A stretch of 64,000 nucleotides of DNA, taken from positions 761,691 through 825,690 of the forward strand of contig NMRA01000096.1 in NCBI GenBank assembly GCA_002633005.1, given 5' to 3'. The position numbers and the translations under genes were made by a program. A model generated the notes under the pieces. It made no database searches and was not told the origin of the DNA. It worked only from the letters and a program-made list of their open reading frames with translations. The DNA is from Phoronis australis (Eukaryota; Animalia; Phoronida). Shown here piece by piece: positions 46,759 through 60,459 of this stretch (its first letter is position 1; the number at the start of each line of letters is the position of its first letter).

Positions 46759-49706
46759 AATGCGTACGTCTACTCTGGGCCACACACGAGTAAATTTCGA
46801 GACGCTCCTCGTTATCCATACATGACCAGTATAAGAAAACCATTAGGCTGTGCTCATTTTTTCTAGTCATGGTAATGCTGGTTTTTCCCAAACTGATGAA
46901 GGGAGACCAGGGCGAGTTCGCCCCTTTTCATAAAAATTGTCGGGCAGTGGAAGAGAGCTTCAATATTAGGTTTCTTGAAAGTTGTCAGTTTTGAATATGC
47001 CATAGTAGGCTAAATGTGGCATGCATTCAAGAATTATACGAAAATTTTTATGATGTATTTTCTGATTGAAAAAATGTGGTCAAGGGGGCAAACTTGCCTC
47101 CGCTTTAAGCGAGTTTGCCTAGTTCTTTGCAAAGATTAGGATGAAGAAAAACAGAAGATCGTTTTTATTTAACAAATCTAAATTTAACTATTTAAACGAT
47201 TTTCAATCCCATTACATATTTTGGAAAGTTAAAATATCAATCTGAAAATACAAAAACTGCATCTGAAAGTTAAACACTAAAGTCTACTCAAGCATTTAAC
47301 TTTGTCTTAAAGCCTAACTTACACGGAATTTTGTTACTTTAGATGTATTAGGCTAACTAAATAGTCCTAGCGAAGACGCGAGTTCAGTCACGCAAGTGTA
47401 AGCCCGTCAAATTATAAGTGAAGCAGTCTTTTCGTGTCCTGCTGCGTCACCGCGAGATCCTAGCACAAACAACAAAAGGTTGTATTGAATAGGGGTCTAA
47501 ACAGAACACCATTGCGTACGGGTGTTATTCGCAGCTGTTTGAAGTAACAGGTGATTCTCGCGGTGACGTAGACAAAAGCGAGCCAATACGCCTAATAGTT
47601 CGTTATATTTGACAATTCATGGCACTAGTGGGCTTAGAACGATGCTCTTAACATACTGTAGGAACCAAATTTACTTATGATACCCTGAAGATAGGCCTTA
47701 AATATTAGTAATATTTACTAACAGTAAACACTAACACTCATACAAAAGAACCATGAAGCCGCTTGAAGAAATTGAAAAACGAGAGATCGCGAACTCATAT
47801 AGGCATTGTCTAACTCACCTCAGAGAAGAGAACTTGAAGGCAAGTAAGAGGAGAACACAAAGTATTTTTCAGAATGGCGTTTTAATCTCGTGCTTCTAAA
47901 ATTTTATTAATTTCCAAAAATAAAATGCCGAAAACTTTTGAGTGAACTCGGAATAAATTTCTATCACGAGTTCACGCGCTTGAGTATTAAGCAAGCATTT
48001 GAGACATCTAATGTGCAAATTTTAAGTAAATGTTCGCTGTATACAAACACGGCCCAGTCTCTCAATATCTTTTTACTAAGACATGGCGTTTCCATTTTAA
48101 TTACTTTTAATATCCATTTTGTGTCAGGCTAGGATGCCGGCCAAACACAGTTTCTACAGTACTAGTACCTACCTTACCGGGAGGGGTTTGCACTAAACAG
48201 TGCGCTGGTTTGGTTTCACCCAACTCAACTCGTTTTTCCCATGAAACACAACTTTTGAGAATTGTAACACGGGGATACTCCTAAGTACCACTACTTACCC
48301 CTGAACACACGGTTTGAATGCACTTGCACATATGCTGATTAACAAAGAGAAAGAAAACTCATAGGAAACAATATTAGCTGTATTTACAAAATTTACATTA
48401 TTTATACAAACGCCTGCTATCACAGAATACATTATAAACTGTATAAAACATCAGCACTTTTACACGTTGCCTTAAAATAGTCGCATAAATATGTACGGAT
48501 CAGCGTTATTTACAATACATACTTGTACTTACAAATATAGTGTAAGTGTATGCATCTCTGTATTTGACCTCCAATATCACTAGCTACCAAAGAACTTCAT
48601 GTTTCAAGTTACCTATGTATATCCATGCCCATGTAGTCAACCAATGTGAAGATGTGACTTTATTCGACATCAAGCGACTGGACGCAGAACACTTCAGCAA
48701 ACAATACAAGCCAGTTTTTGAAAGAGCAGCTTGACATGGCGGTTACCCCAGAAGCGGGAGCAGTTATCAGAAACTTGAGTACCTATGTTTCAACAAGTGA
48801 TTTGTACCACTGACTCAAACTCCTGTTTCAAAGTTTACTGCTTCAAGTGAACTATCCTAGAATTGGGCCCTAATCAGGGACCTTGCTCACCTTAGGGGAA
48901 TGGTGCCTGTGCCTTCGTAGAGGGTATCCCTAAACCACCAATTCCACTCCCAGTCATCACCTCACTACCCCTCATTAGCAATGTCTCAGGTAGCCAAGGC
49001 TTAACATGTTGTTGAAGTGATTTTAATCTTAGAGGAATTTTGATCATTGGAGGAAACTCTTTGGCCTGACCAGGGTAACCTCGCATGATCTTTACATATT
49101 CATCATAAAGGAATGGTACCAATGTTCATCCCCACAGTTGAGGGCACTGGTAATGAAGTGAAATTCATTAAAATATCCCCTCATAGTGCCCATGCCTCTT
49201 GTTGAAACAAGTACACCAATTTCTAGTGACTGCCTCCTACCCCGGGCCAGTTACGAAATCGTACATGTCAACCAGTATTCAACAACTATTAAATACGAAA
49301 AGTTCAAATGAGCACAGACACAAAGAAAATACATTGAAGGAGACATGCGCATAACCAACCGATAATGCAAGCAACATGTGCCAATACCCAAAACACTTTA
49401 GACAAAAAATTTTTGACAAAACATAATATTTGAGATACAGACCTAAGAGCCAATGTGTGCACTTATACAGTAGCAACAAAAACAAGAGGACATGTCACAA
49501 AAACAGTAAGCTGCCAGTAGTTGTATTCACGGAGTCACGTGATCTGGAGTACAAGACACCTTTAGATAACGTTTTGTCACAATTTCCCAACCCATAATGT
49601 ACCGATAATTCTAAGGATGATTACCGCAGGCAAAGCAAATTCCGCCAAGAACGTTGGGTGCTAGGACACAAAATTACAACTTGATCCGAGAGCAGTAACT
49701 AAACCA

Positions 49707-49960
49707 GGTGTCTGTTTCATAAAAAGTGACTTAAGGCTTAGACAGAAATTTTATCTCACGCTCCACCTTCACAATTGGTGAAAAACGTTTTGTCAAGTAA
49801 CTATGAGCGCATCTAGAAATAATTGATAGAAATTATCTTGCCGTTATGTGCACATTCTCAAACATTTTGTGTTTTTGTTAAAGTCAGATTAAATTATTTT
49901 CCAGAAATAGTTGCATAGTTCTCGCTTAAATCTGAAGTCACTTTTCATAAAACAAATACC
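49707..49960. mobile_element. MITE in the probable SIPA1L 3' UTR region
   Basis: gtgtctgtttcataaaaagtgactt ... aagtcacttttcataaaacaaatac; CAG on both flanks. Confidence 0.55.
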
Positions 49961-52408
49961 AGAGTAAACAAGCCAGACGCTCAAGAGATTGACAAAGATA
50001 GCTACGTATCGCCCCTAAAACCAGCTTATCAACCTAAAATCCATTGAGCTACAAATCACATATTAATGGCCGCACACACAAGTTGCGCGTTTGCAAACAA
50101 CACTTCGATCCATTTCAACAACGCAGATATCTTAAGAGTACATCTCACATCAATTATAGAGAGAAATGTAAGGAAAGTTCAATAGTACACAGCATTATAC
50201 AAAAGATAGCTTTACATCTATAAAAATGGTACCTGACTACCTTTGAAGGCTAATACTGCTAAATGCAGAAGGTAGTGAGCAGTGTACTCCACGTATACAA
50301 TACAACATGATTTAAGCATCTCCCACAGAATGTAAGTACGGCATTTTTATCATAGTTTGATTATTGTAACTTTGATTTTGATTCTCTTTAAAATGTTTCA
50401 ATAACAAGTTTCACTTTGTGAATTTCGGTCTTCATGATTTCTTACTAACCTAACTGATCTGCTCAGGGGAGATCACTACCAAATGTATGCTGATGCTAAA
50501 TAACATTCATATTATGCACATTAGTAAGACAATGTCAACACATACCACTATAGGTCAAGCGTTCTAAAACGGTAGTAATACAAACACACAAGACAGATCA
50601 AACAAGTCTCAAGTCCAAAGAGAAATGTCGATAGCTCTATATCTGTTCAAAACATTTTTGTACACAGAACTATTATTCTTTGATTAATCAGCCAACCACA
50701 AATAAAGTGTCAATCGAAAATGTTAGTTCAAGGCACTTACTGTTTATGATATTCAATGATAACAGAATTTACAGGCAACATGAAAAATCTCAAATATTTG
50801 TGAAGAAACCCAATAAGTGTTGGAGATCACATGTGACTGCCAAAAATTCAAAGTGATAAGCTTAAAATTTAATAAAAACAGCAAAAATGTAAAACTTAAA
50901 ACAAAAACACGCCATCTCTTCTTCTCATACTACAGCATGCGCAACCAATCTGTCCCAAATCTTCAAACAAATGTCAGAGATTGACCTGCACAGCTTTGTG
51001 ATAGTTAACAGTGCACTTGATTTTTCACCTTAATCTTCTACATATTACTTCATCTGATGTTAATTGCGTATACGTTATTATATTCATAGCTGGTCACATA
51101 AGAATCACTAACTACATATAAAACTTCACAAACACAGGACAAATCTATCATTATACACTTCCTATTTTACAAAAAAATGCCCAAAACGCGAAGCTATTTT
51201 CCCCAAGACATAATAAATTACTAGATGGCTACGTCAACAAACCCACTCCTTATGCTTTAAATTACAAAATACATTTGACTAATATAAAAATAAATATCCG
51301 ACAAGTGGCATACAAAAATACTTTTTGTTGCCTGTTTCAGTAGACCAAAAAAGGCAGATTTAGGATTTCTCATGATATTCAAAGGTCACTTAGTCCCGAT
51401 ATCACAACAAGGAGATCGTGATACACTGGGTCCATACATCCCTGGCGTCACAACAGAGAAATAATGAGATATTCTGGAACCATTAAGGTCTGATACCAGA
51501 ACACAGAAATCATTTGATATACTGAGCCCATACATCCCTGATGCCACAAATCAGGTGATCTTTTGGTCTACTAAGATCACAGAACACAAACAGAGAATCC
51601 ACGTGACTACAGAAACAGAAAATCTGCTATTTTGGAAAAGCAACTGGTGAGAATAAATTATGAACACCTCTTTAACATAACGTAGTAAACCACTTTTAAG
51701 TAAGACGCAGTGTCATGTAGGTCAAGCCAAAGACATAACTTATAAATTCGAATAAACCAAGTAAGTGGTGAGATTTTAACAGACAACTCTGTGTGATTAT
51801 TCAAAACTTCAACTAAACCAGCGAAGTACTCCTCCATTTTGTGGCTTAAAACCCATAACCCTCACTACGCTACAAATGTGCGTATTTCCATCCACTTTTG
51901 TACAGTGTTGGTACTGGCTGTTATGAGGTTCGGTACAACAAGTTTCGTTTCATTTCAACTTAACTGTAAAGTGGACAATACAATTTCTGTGAAAATTCAA
52001 GAACGACATGGTTCATCTCAGAACAAGATTCCTCTGAGCTAGTGAGGTCATGCGAATATCTAACATTATATGACCACCAGGTGGGGCTCAGTGATCCCTT
52101 TGTAGAGTCTCGGATGTGAAACACAATGTCGGATAAGTTGTGGCAAGACTGCTCTAAAATACTGAGTACGGATACTTTGCAAATCCGTGGACAGTTGGGT
52201 TCAAAACGGGTGATAAAAACAAATAACATTTTAAATAGATAAATTACAGGGAACAATTCGATGTTCTAATCCATCATTTGCTCAAATTTGCATGGATTTC
52301 GCACCAGTGGAGGACATGATTTCCCTGCAACTTTTCATTTCACTATAACTCATCATGAGAATCTGCAAAAAACATAAAGATCTTGTAATCTGGAGCTCGC
52401 AGTAAAAT

Positions 52409-52552
52409 TCACTGTTTGTCAATTGTCTGAAAGAACCATTCCGTGAACCGGCGTAGTTGGGCTGCTGCCTTCTGAGATTCATCTTGCAGACGTAAGTTGT
52501 CACGCTTCAGTTGCTCAACTTCAGTGACCAGCTGTGACTTTTCCTGCTGCTC
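52409..52552 (-). CDS. SIPA1L: SIPA1L terminal coding exon
   Basis: EQQEKSQLVTEVEQLKRDNLRLQDESQKAAAQLRRFTEWFFQTIDKQ*. Confidence 0.9.
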   Translation of the reverse strand, partial: EQQEKSQLVTEVEQLKRDNLRLQDESQKAAAQLRRFTEWFFQTIDKQ

Positions 52553-55500
52553 CTGTGAATGAAGTCAACGGCATCTATAGCTCAACGACATCTATAACTC
52601 AACTGCTCAACAAGTGAATAACACTCTTTGACCTTTTACGGTTAGCCAGAAACTGATGCTAGTGCATCAAAGTAGAGACTTATAAGAAATCCCAGCTTTA
52701 CTCCATGTGACTAGCATTTTTTGTCTGCAATGAAGGTGGCGATTTCAAAGAGTCCATCACGCACACGATTTCACACGTAATCCCATAAAACGGACACCAG
52801 AAATTTTTCCTGTGTTGTGATGGTGCACAGACTCAGCATGCAGAACAGCACTGAGTTGCGACAATATAAAACAGATATGAAGCTAATCTGCCTAGCATAC
52901 AATATGGTGGACCAGTCGAAATTCAGCATGTCAAACTTCTCTGCAAAAACGCAAAATCTTTTACTGACACGGTTTTCACTGCATGCATAACTGCTGAGCT
53001 CTTGCACAATTGGAAAATCACAACCTTTTAATATAACTGATCATATTTGCGAAAAATATCTAAAGAAGAATTGTTAACACGCTTCTACACCAGAGAGAGA
53101 GTACACATTCTGTGCAATGTTATTTAGTCTAGGAAAACAGCAGCAAGAACACTACCAATTCATTGCCTACCTGGTCTAATTGATGTTGCAGGTAGGAACA
53201 CCGGTCTTCAAGCTCCAGTATCCGTTGCGTAGTGTTCGTAGCACTGGGCCTCCAGGGTGCGCTACTGAAAGGTCACAATTATAACAGTTTAGACTGGAGT
53301 GATAAGATTCAGATAAACGGTATGGATCTTTTGTTTCACTGCCAGAATTACTGTGAAGTTTAACTTTGACAATTTACAAACGATTGCTGTTCTTAGAATT
53401 TAAGCATGAGTTGTCACTAAGTCCTAGTATCTTTGTGATGGTCATAGTCCCAATATTAAAGAAGACGCACAGATATCAGATCAGTTTACTTTTTACACTG
53501 TTCCAGCGCATTCAATAGTTCTCTACGCTCAGATGTATGGAAATAAAGCATTAATGGCGCACATAAATACAGAGACTGAAACACAGTCCCAACAGCCTAG
53601 CACCAGATTTTGATGGTGTTTTGCTTGCATAACCTGTCCAGAGATGTCGCCGTGTGTGGGCTATCAAACATATCAAATGACTCTATGCACGTATGTGGAC
53701 TTCATCATTACCTTTGAATAAATTAAAAAACACGGACAGAAACATATACTGGCAACAAACTGATCTGTTTTCATGACATGCCAATAGATCAGTCTTAGAA
53801 TGAGGTCATTCCGGGTCAAACTGAAGTGTCTATGAGATTTTATGTTGTTGTCTAGATGAATTACAGGAAATATCAAACCTTATAGAAACATAATGACATT
53901 TAACACACGTTCACGTTACTCTTGCGACTTCATTTAACAGAAACATAATACATCAAGTCAAATATGAAATACCATCGCAATGTCCTACAGTGTGCACGTT
54001 GCTGACTCACCACAAAGAGGCTACAATCAATCAAGTTTAACCAATTTCCGTACCTCATAACAACCTAGAATCTTTACCTTTTGCCGCCTTTTTGCTCCAT
54101 GATTACAGGCTAAACTGCACACAAAAAATAATCCCATAAAATGAACCCGAATTCTTCATCATGGCAACTACGGACAAGTGGAATTCACTGGACTAATCAG
54201 TCATGATAGTTATGGCTTGTAAACAGAATTCTGTTTGCATGAACCTTCCACACGACTTACTTTGTTACGGGCTTGGCTGGCATGCTGGTCGTCCTACTCG
54301 ACGGTATATCAGACTTGGTAGGCTTGCTGAGAGCTGCGCTGCGTATGTCAGGCATGTCTGCCAGAGTCTTTAGGCTAGCTTTTGAGCTGGGATCTATACC
54401 TGGAGATATAAAAACAACAAATACATGGAGAGAATTTTAAAGTAACTACTCAAAAGTGCAGACACTATTAATGAACCAAAGCAACGGGAAGCCTTGACAT
54501 GGACCCAAAGAATGTCGCAAACAACTAAGTCTCTAGGGGTGCTTATCAGTTTCATGTATGGTACAATGAGACAACAATTTGATCACAAGGGGAGCTGCAA
54601 TAGTCAGAATTGGCAAAAAAGTACAGTAACTGGAATTTGTCTAATACCAAAATGTTGTGTTCATGCTGCGCTCTAGCATCATTTTTGTTTTCGCTTCTTA
54701 GTTCTGTAGATATCATCCCGAAACGCTCTTCCTCGAAACTGAAAATCCCTCCCCTTGGCCACGGGGCATATTGACAAGTGGCACGCACCACCCTAGTGAT
54801 GCCCTACAGCCTTGTGCCAAATTTCATCAAACCACAACCAAACAAAAAGGCCAGTGCTAGATGCTTCAATAGACGAATCTGCTAGAAAATTGCCATCAAA
54901 TACTTGTATGCATATTCATTAAAATCCATCAAATGTTATCTAGACATCATCTGGAAACTCTCTAACCCAAAAACTGTGAAAAGTCCCTTGATGGGACCAA
55001 AACGGCCACTAGAGGTTGCTGAAGTGGTCAAATCCGTCTAAAAATCAATTGATGCCTGCAGATTGATGTCACATACCACCGAGTCAAGATTCATTAAAAT
55101 ATTTTAAATACTTCTCATTCAAGATATCATTCAGCAATTCTACCCTCCCCAAAACACACATAAAGTCTATCGTCGAGACCAAAATAGCCACTAAGATATA
55201 CGCTGTCGTCGAATCAGCCCAAAAATTGTCTGGTGCTGGCACATTAGCGTCACATTACTCTAGATATTATCCGGAAAAGTTCTTTCCTAAAAGCTCTGAA
55301 AACCCTGTCCTTCTGGCTATAGGAGAGTGGCATGCACCACCCCAATGATGCCCTACATCCTTGGACCAAATATTAAGAATCGACCAGGAGTTTTTGAGAT
55401 CTTTGAATTCATCATTGGTTTTATTCAAAGGATACTCAGAACTCTGTTTTGGTGATTTCCAGGCAAAGTGGTTCAATCAGCTGATATTTTACAATGAGCG

Positions 55501-58500
55501 ACCAGATATTTACTAGGTGGCACTAATGAAGAAAGGAGCCTCTTTTTAACATCCGAACTTATCAAGTGCAGGAAGCAGTCCAACAGCATGGGCTCGTGCG
55601 TGGAATCAGAATACCACATTATTACCAGAAGCTCGATGCTGACAATTTTATGAGTGGGTCACCCTAGACTAGCATCAAGCTGTGAATATTGGGCTACCCA
55701 TTGGTAAAAATGAGCAAATATTTAGCGTATACGCGCCGGCTGCATCACAGAGTATCGTGGCAATTTGAAACAGCCATCCACCAGTGAAACATCATAAATG
55801 TCAAGTTTAATGAACAACCATGCAATTCACCATCTTAGAAAAACAGAGACTTAAGGGGAAATGATGAAATGACTGTCCCCCGATAACAAAAGCATTGTTC
55901 AATGACAGAAACTTGATATTCAACAACATGGCAACACTGTAGAGATATACACGTCATGCACACTGGCTCGGTTCATTAATTATTGTACTGTCAGTAATAA
56001 CACCGGATTATCCATTATCCCTGCCCTGGCTAAATAGATAGGGGAAGTATGGGAAAGTATCAGTTATTCCTGTCAAATAAAGGTTTTTGTGCAGTTTTTA
56101 GTTTTCTAAGAGTTCCAGTATTGCTGTGAATGCCCACAAGCTTTCAAAAATTGATTCGATGCTACGACGCTATAACACAGATGTCGAAAACGGTAAATTA
56201 TTCATTTGGCATTGTTCATTTCCTTTTGATAATTTTGCCTTTGTGTCATTTTATTAACCACGGTATTTACAGAGCATAGAATTAATTTTATGCATGTGTA
56301 CATTAAAAGACTGGTACTGAATAATCAATAAGAATCTTTTTCATTTTTAACAAATTCTCTCAGACACATAAATGCCACAGTACCTATCCAGTTGCAGGAG
56401 GGATACAGATGTTTTGAGCAGTCCATCGACTTCTGGGTGCATACTTGCTAGAAGAGCATAGCTATGCATATAGAGTGCCATACACACATAGACTTACCCT
56501 GAAACAAGTTACTACTGGATGCTATTTAAGCTAACGTTATTCTCTGTGAGACCAGAAAGGTGGGGCAAGGCAGAAGTAATTTTCTGATGCGATTACATAC
56601 AGACGGGTCTTCTTTTGCATGCTGTATTCGTATTAGCTGTCCATAGTCATGCACAGAGTGACAACTTCCACGTCCCTCCCCCCAATTATCCGGTATGTGC
56701 GAGTGGATGCTCCACTCAAAGTGGGGCAAGTTGCACTAGCGCAAGTTGTTCTGGGACAAGTCTGCATGTGGACGGGACTTAATGCACTAAGCTTTGGCTA
56801 AATGAACTCACAAAATAACACTTACAGTAAAATTTCTCAAAAAATACACAATGACAGTCACAAAGAATCTCATTTTGTCATATTTCTTGATAAAAGCAGA
56901 CAATAATTTGTTTTATCATCCAAATTGAAAAATTCTTACCATAAACCATGTAAGAAATCAACAACTACAGACCTCTGACGACCTAGTGACATTCAATCGC
57001 GTGAATGATGATAAAAAATTAACGGACACTACACAGTTGCCAGGACCTGGCCAACTGCAGATCTGCATAGTACACGCGACTTCCTAAATAATTGATATGC
57101 ATGACAATAGCAAATTTCTAAAACGTCCTCACTAGATGGTTGACCAGCTCATAGGTTCATAATAAAGTCATACCATGAACAGACTAATATGAGAAAACAT
57201 TGCAGTACACACTTACATACACAATATCATAGGGGGCTTTGTTAAACCAACCTGCTTGGGCATAGATGAGGGCTACTTGCAAATATCACCTGACCTCAAA
57301 TGGAAAAATACACAGACAGTGTTGCACACAGCACAGATATGCAAAATGACCTTTAACTTAGACATTCCCACTTGACGGGAGAAATGCTTGTTAACTGAAA
57401 ATAGCCCCAAGGGCCCCAAAAGGAAGTTGTCCAAAATTTAATTCCACGAACATCGATCAAACAATTTGGTAGATACCAAGGTGTTCATCAAATAATCATA
57501 ACTGCCACTACAAAGCGCAGCATTGGTGCCATTTGTAAGAAAATTAAGGGGCTGCTGTTTCATCGCTAATTGAAACTTTACATTAGTTCTAAATTTCTCT
57601 AACAAGATCACTTATTAAGTGGTTGGGCAGAAAGAGATGGACGCCAAAAAACTAAAATTGCCACTATGGAGACAGCAAATTTGTCTGAACACTCATGGGC
57701 GATGTCCAATCCCCTAACAGAAACAGACTTGAATTTCATAACTATCTTTTAGATGATGTGATACACACAGAGGGAGCTGTGTCAAAATAAATCACAACTA
57801 GGGAACACCACAGCGTTAACTTCACCCATCGCAAATTAATCAAGAGCTGTGTAATCCTCAACATAGACATATTTTCCAAATTTTAAATTTATGAAGATCC
57901 ATCAGTAGACGGAGGAAACCAAATTGCCACAAGGGGGCGCCCCATTAGTCAAATCTGAAACGAGTCTCGACTGTGGGATGGATTTTTGAAATTTAAAGTG
58001 AGCCACAGTGCCATTACGCCCCCTCCCAGGGGCAGTGCCATTACGCCCCCTCCCAGGGGCAGTGACAAGGAATCATCAATACAAAGGTGTAACACTTGGG
58101 AGTCCTACAACATACCCATACTTTGAATGAGAATAACTGCGTTGTTTACTGACATAGGAGCTAGATTACTGGCTTAAATTCATAAAAAGGTGATCAAAAA
58201 AGGAATTAAGCTTTTAAGCCATAACAAATGTATTGTTAATGATCTTTAGGAGAAAGATTAATGGCGCATTGCACTTCTCACACATTTGTCAGTTTCCAAA
58301 TTTTTGTTCCCCAAAACGGAAATATTTGTTTGCCATTCCAGAGCGTACAAAGCACGCGGCGACTCACGCGTCCACTTTCACATCAAGGTGTAACAATACA
58401 GTCGGCCCGGGGAAAGGTCTGATCCACGGGAACTATATTTGAACTCTCGGCATTGTACTGAAGTTTGAGTACATTTTTGCGGGACACCCTGTATTGGTTG

Positions 58501-59970
58501 TAACTATAAGTCAACTCGAAAAATGTGAGATAGTTCAAGCTCAAGCTGTGTCTAGTAACATTTTAAAACAAAAATCAAAAAAAAAAATTTTGAAGGAAAT
58601 TCAACCTGCTGGATACATAATAGCCTTGATCGGTCTTCAAGAAGAAACGTCTAAATAATTGCATCTCTTTTGCTGCTAAATTACCAAGATAACACAGTGC
58701 ACAGACAAATTACCAAAATCTCGACAGGCAAATTAAGAAGCCGATATTTTGTTTTACACTTTACAAGAAACAATTCTGTGCCAAACCTGTGTTTTGTCCT
58801 TGCAGCCTCACAGTCTATACCGTGTCCTCGCTACGACAAAGTCCTTATGAAACACATGTACTGCACTAGTGGCAAATCAAATCAAATAAACAAATCAATC
58901 CTGTAACCGAGGCCACAACATTAACTTACCAAAGAGCTGAACCAGCATACCTAATAGAGCTAACATAATTCAGCAGCCTCAACGCTTAACCAGTGTAAAC
59001 CATTGTTGCTAACGGCTCCTGAATCAGTATACTGTAATCACTCAACCGATTCTGACGAGATTTCAGGTTAATTTTAACTAATCACTGTTTAATGGATGAG
59101 TGACGTCATGGCAACACAGCACGGCATCTTAAAAGAAACACCTATTGTAAAAATTGTGTAAAAACTTAAACACACTAAACCAAGCCAATGAAGCATGACG
59201 AAGTCAAACACGGTAATTTAATTGCAAATACGATCCTAGAAGAGTTAATTAAAACTAAATATTTGCATACCTATTGTATCTGGCTTGATCCCAAGACTTA
59301 ACAGAAAATTATTTGTAAGGATGAAGTTCAGAAGAACCTATCAAACTGTTATTGATGATGGGCTAAAAATATGTGCTGTTTGCGTCATTCATGAGTGATC
59401 AGTCTGGGGTTTCTAGCCAATTAAATTAATACGCAATTATTGTTCTGAGGCTGTTTTATGAAGAGGCAGACGTCATAGTATAAACAAAGGTATGGAAATT
59501 GATGGCTAGCTCCAGTGAACTGCGTGTAGACTATTAATTCAGCAAACTAAAATTAGATATCCTCAACCGATGGTGAATATTTTTAGAAAACAGAATGTGA
59601 CTAGAATAAAATTTAGCAGTACCTTTTTCACACTGTCTGGTTTCTAAGATATGCATGCATTATTGATGCAGGGAAATTGCTGCATACATGTTGGTAGCTG
59701 CAATTCTAGACAAGGCAGTTAGGAACACAAACAAAAATTCTTGACAAAAACATTAAAATGGTGAGCATGATGCGATAGAGCTACAGTAACGCAGGTTTCA
59801 TCACTCGACAAATTTACCAGACAATGGTACAAGTGCTCAGCTGCCTCTTACCCTCAAATGCCTTCTTCGCCGTTTCCACAAGGTTTGTCCAGTCCATGTC
59901 AGCACAGGGGTCGGGTAGCGGCATTGCAACTTCGGTGGTCTTGCGTCGCGGATGCTCCTTAGAAGGACTC
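52409..59970 (-). CDS. SIPA1L: Signal-induced proliferation-associated 1-like (SPAR/SIPA1L RapGAP), last four coding exons; gene continues beyond the window
   Basis: Exons 59970-59852, 54399-54261, 53264-53171 and 52552-52409, phase-consistent. MPLPDPCADMDWTNLVETAKKAFE and C-terminal EVEQLKRDNLRLQDESQKAAAQLRRFTEWFFQTID match the SIPA1L C-terminus. Confidence 0.88.
53171..53264 (-). CDS. SIPA1L: SIPA1L exon (coiled-coil start)
   Basis: SAPWRPSATNTTQRILELEDRCSYLQHQLDQ; CAGTAG tandem acceptor. Confidence 0.8.
54261..54399 (-). CDS. SIPA1L: SIPA1L exon (low-complexity linker)
   Basis: IDPSSKASLKTLADMPDIRSAALSKPTKSDIPSSRTTSMPAKPVT; phases 1-2 fit. Confidence 0.75.
58006..58064. repeat. 27-bp direct tandem duplication
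   Basis: cagtgccattacgccccctcccagggg, two copies. Confidence 0.9.
59852..59970 (-). CDS. SIPA1L: SIPA1L exon
   Basis: SPSKEHPRRKTTEVAMPLPDPCADMDWTNLVETAKKAFE. Confidence 0.88.
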
Positions 59971-60459
59971 CTAAACAAAAACACACGATGAGCCCCTAAA
60001 TCGTCAAATGCATAACCATCAGAAATGTTATGAGGTACAATGGGGTTCAACAAGTTTATTATTACCAATAGAAATCCCATCAAACATAACGATACCTTGA
60101 GCGACATCTCACTAATTTCGGACCAAAACAATTTCCACAATTTCATTGCACTTTTTTCCTCTCCAAAAGGTTTCTGCCATGATTGCCCACAAAATCACAA
60201 AACATTGTTTGATGGTACCTATAGTGTAGAACTCAATGGCCACAAAGTATTTTTGGTGCAACTTGTCTATTATCAAAAGCTGAAGGTCCACCCAGTCCAG
60301 TTACATTGTTATATTAAAAACACTCAAATTGTCCCTCCAGGGATGTAAAACAGCACCCCCACATATCAAAGTGACTAGAATACAGGTCCAGAATGTTTTA
60401 CTTGGATGGAGGTGACTGGTGACTGCATACTGGAAGCTGAACAACTGATACTACGTTGA

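Noticed and set aside
57217-57251. Possible extra SIPA1L exon (cag|...|gtaagt on -)
   Set aside because: 35 nt would shift the frame between phase-1 neighbours.
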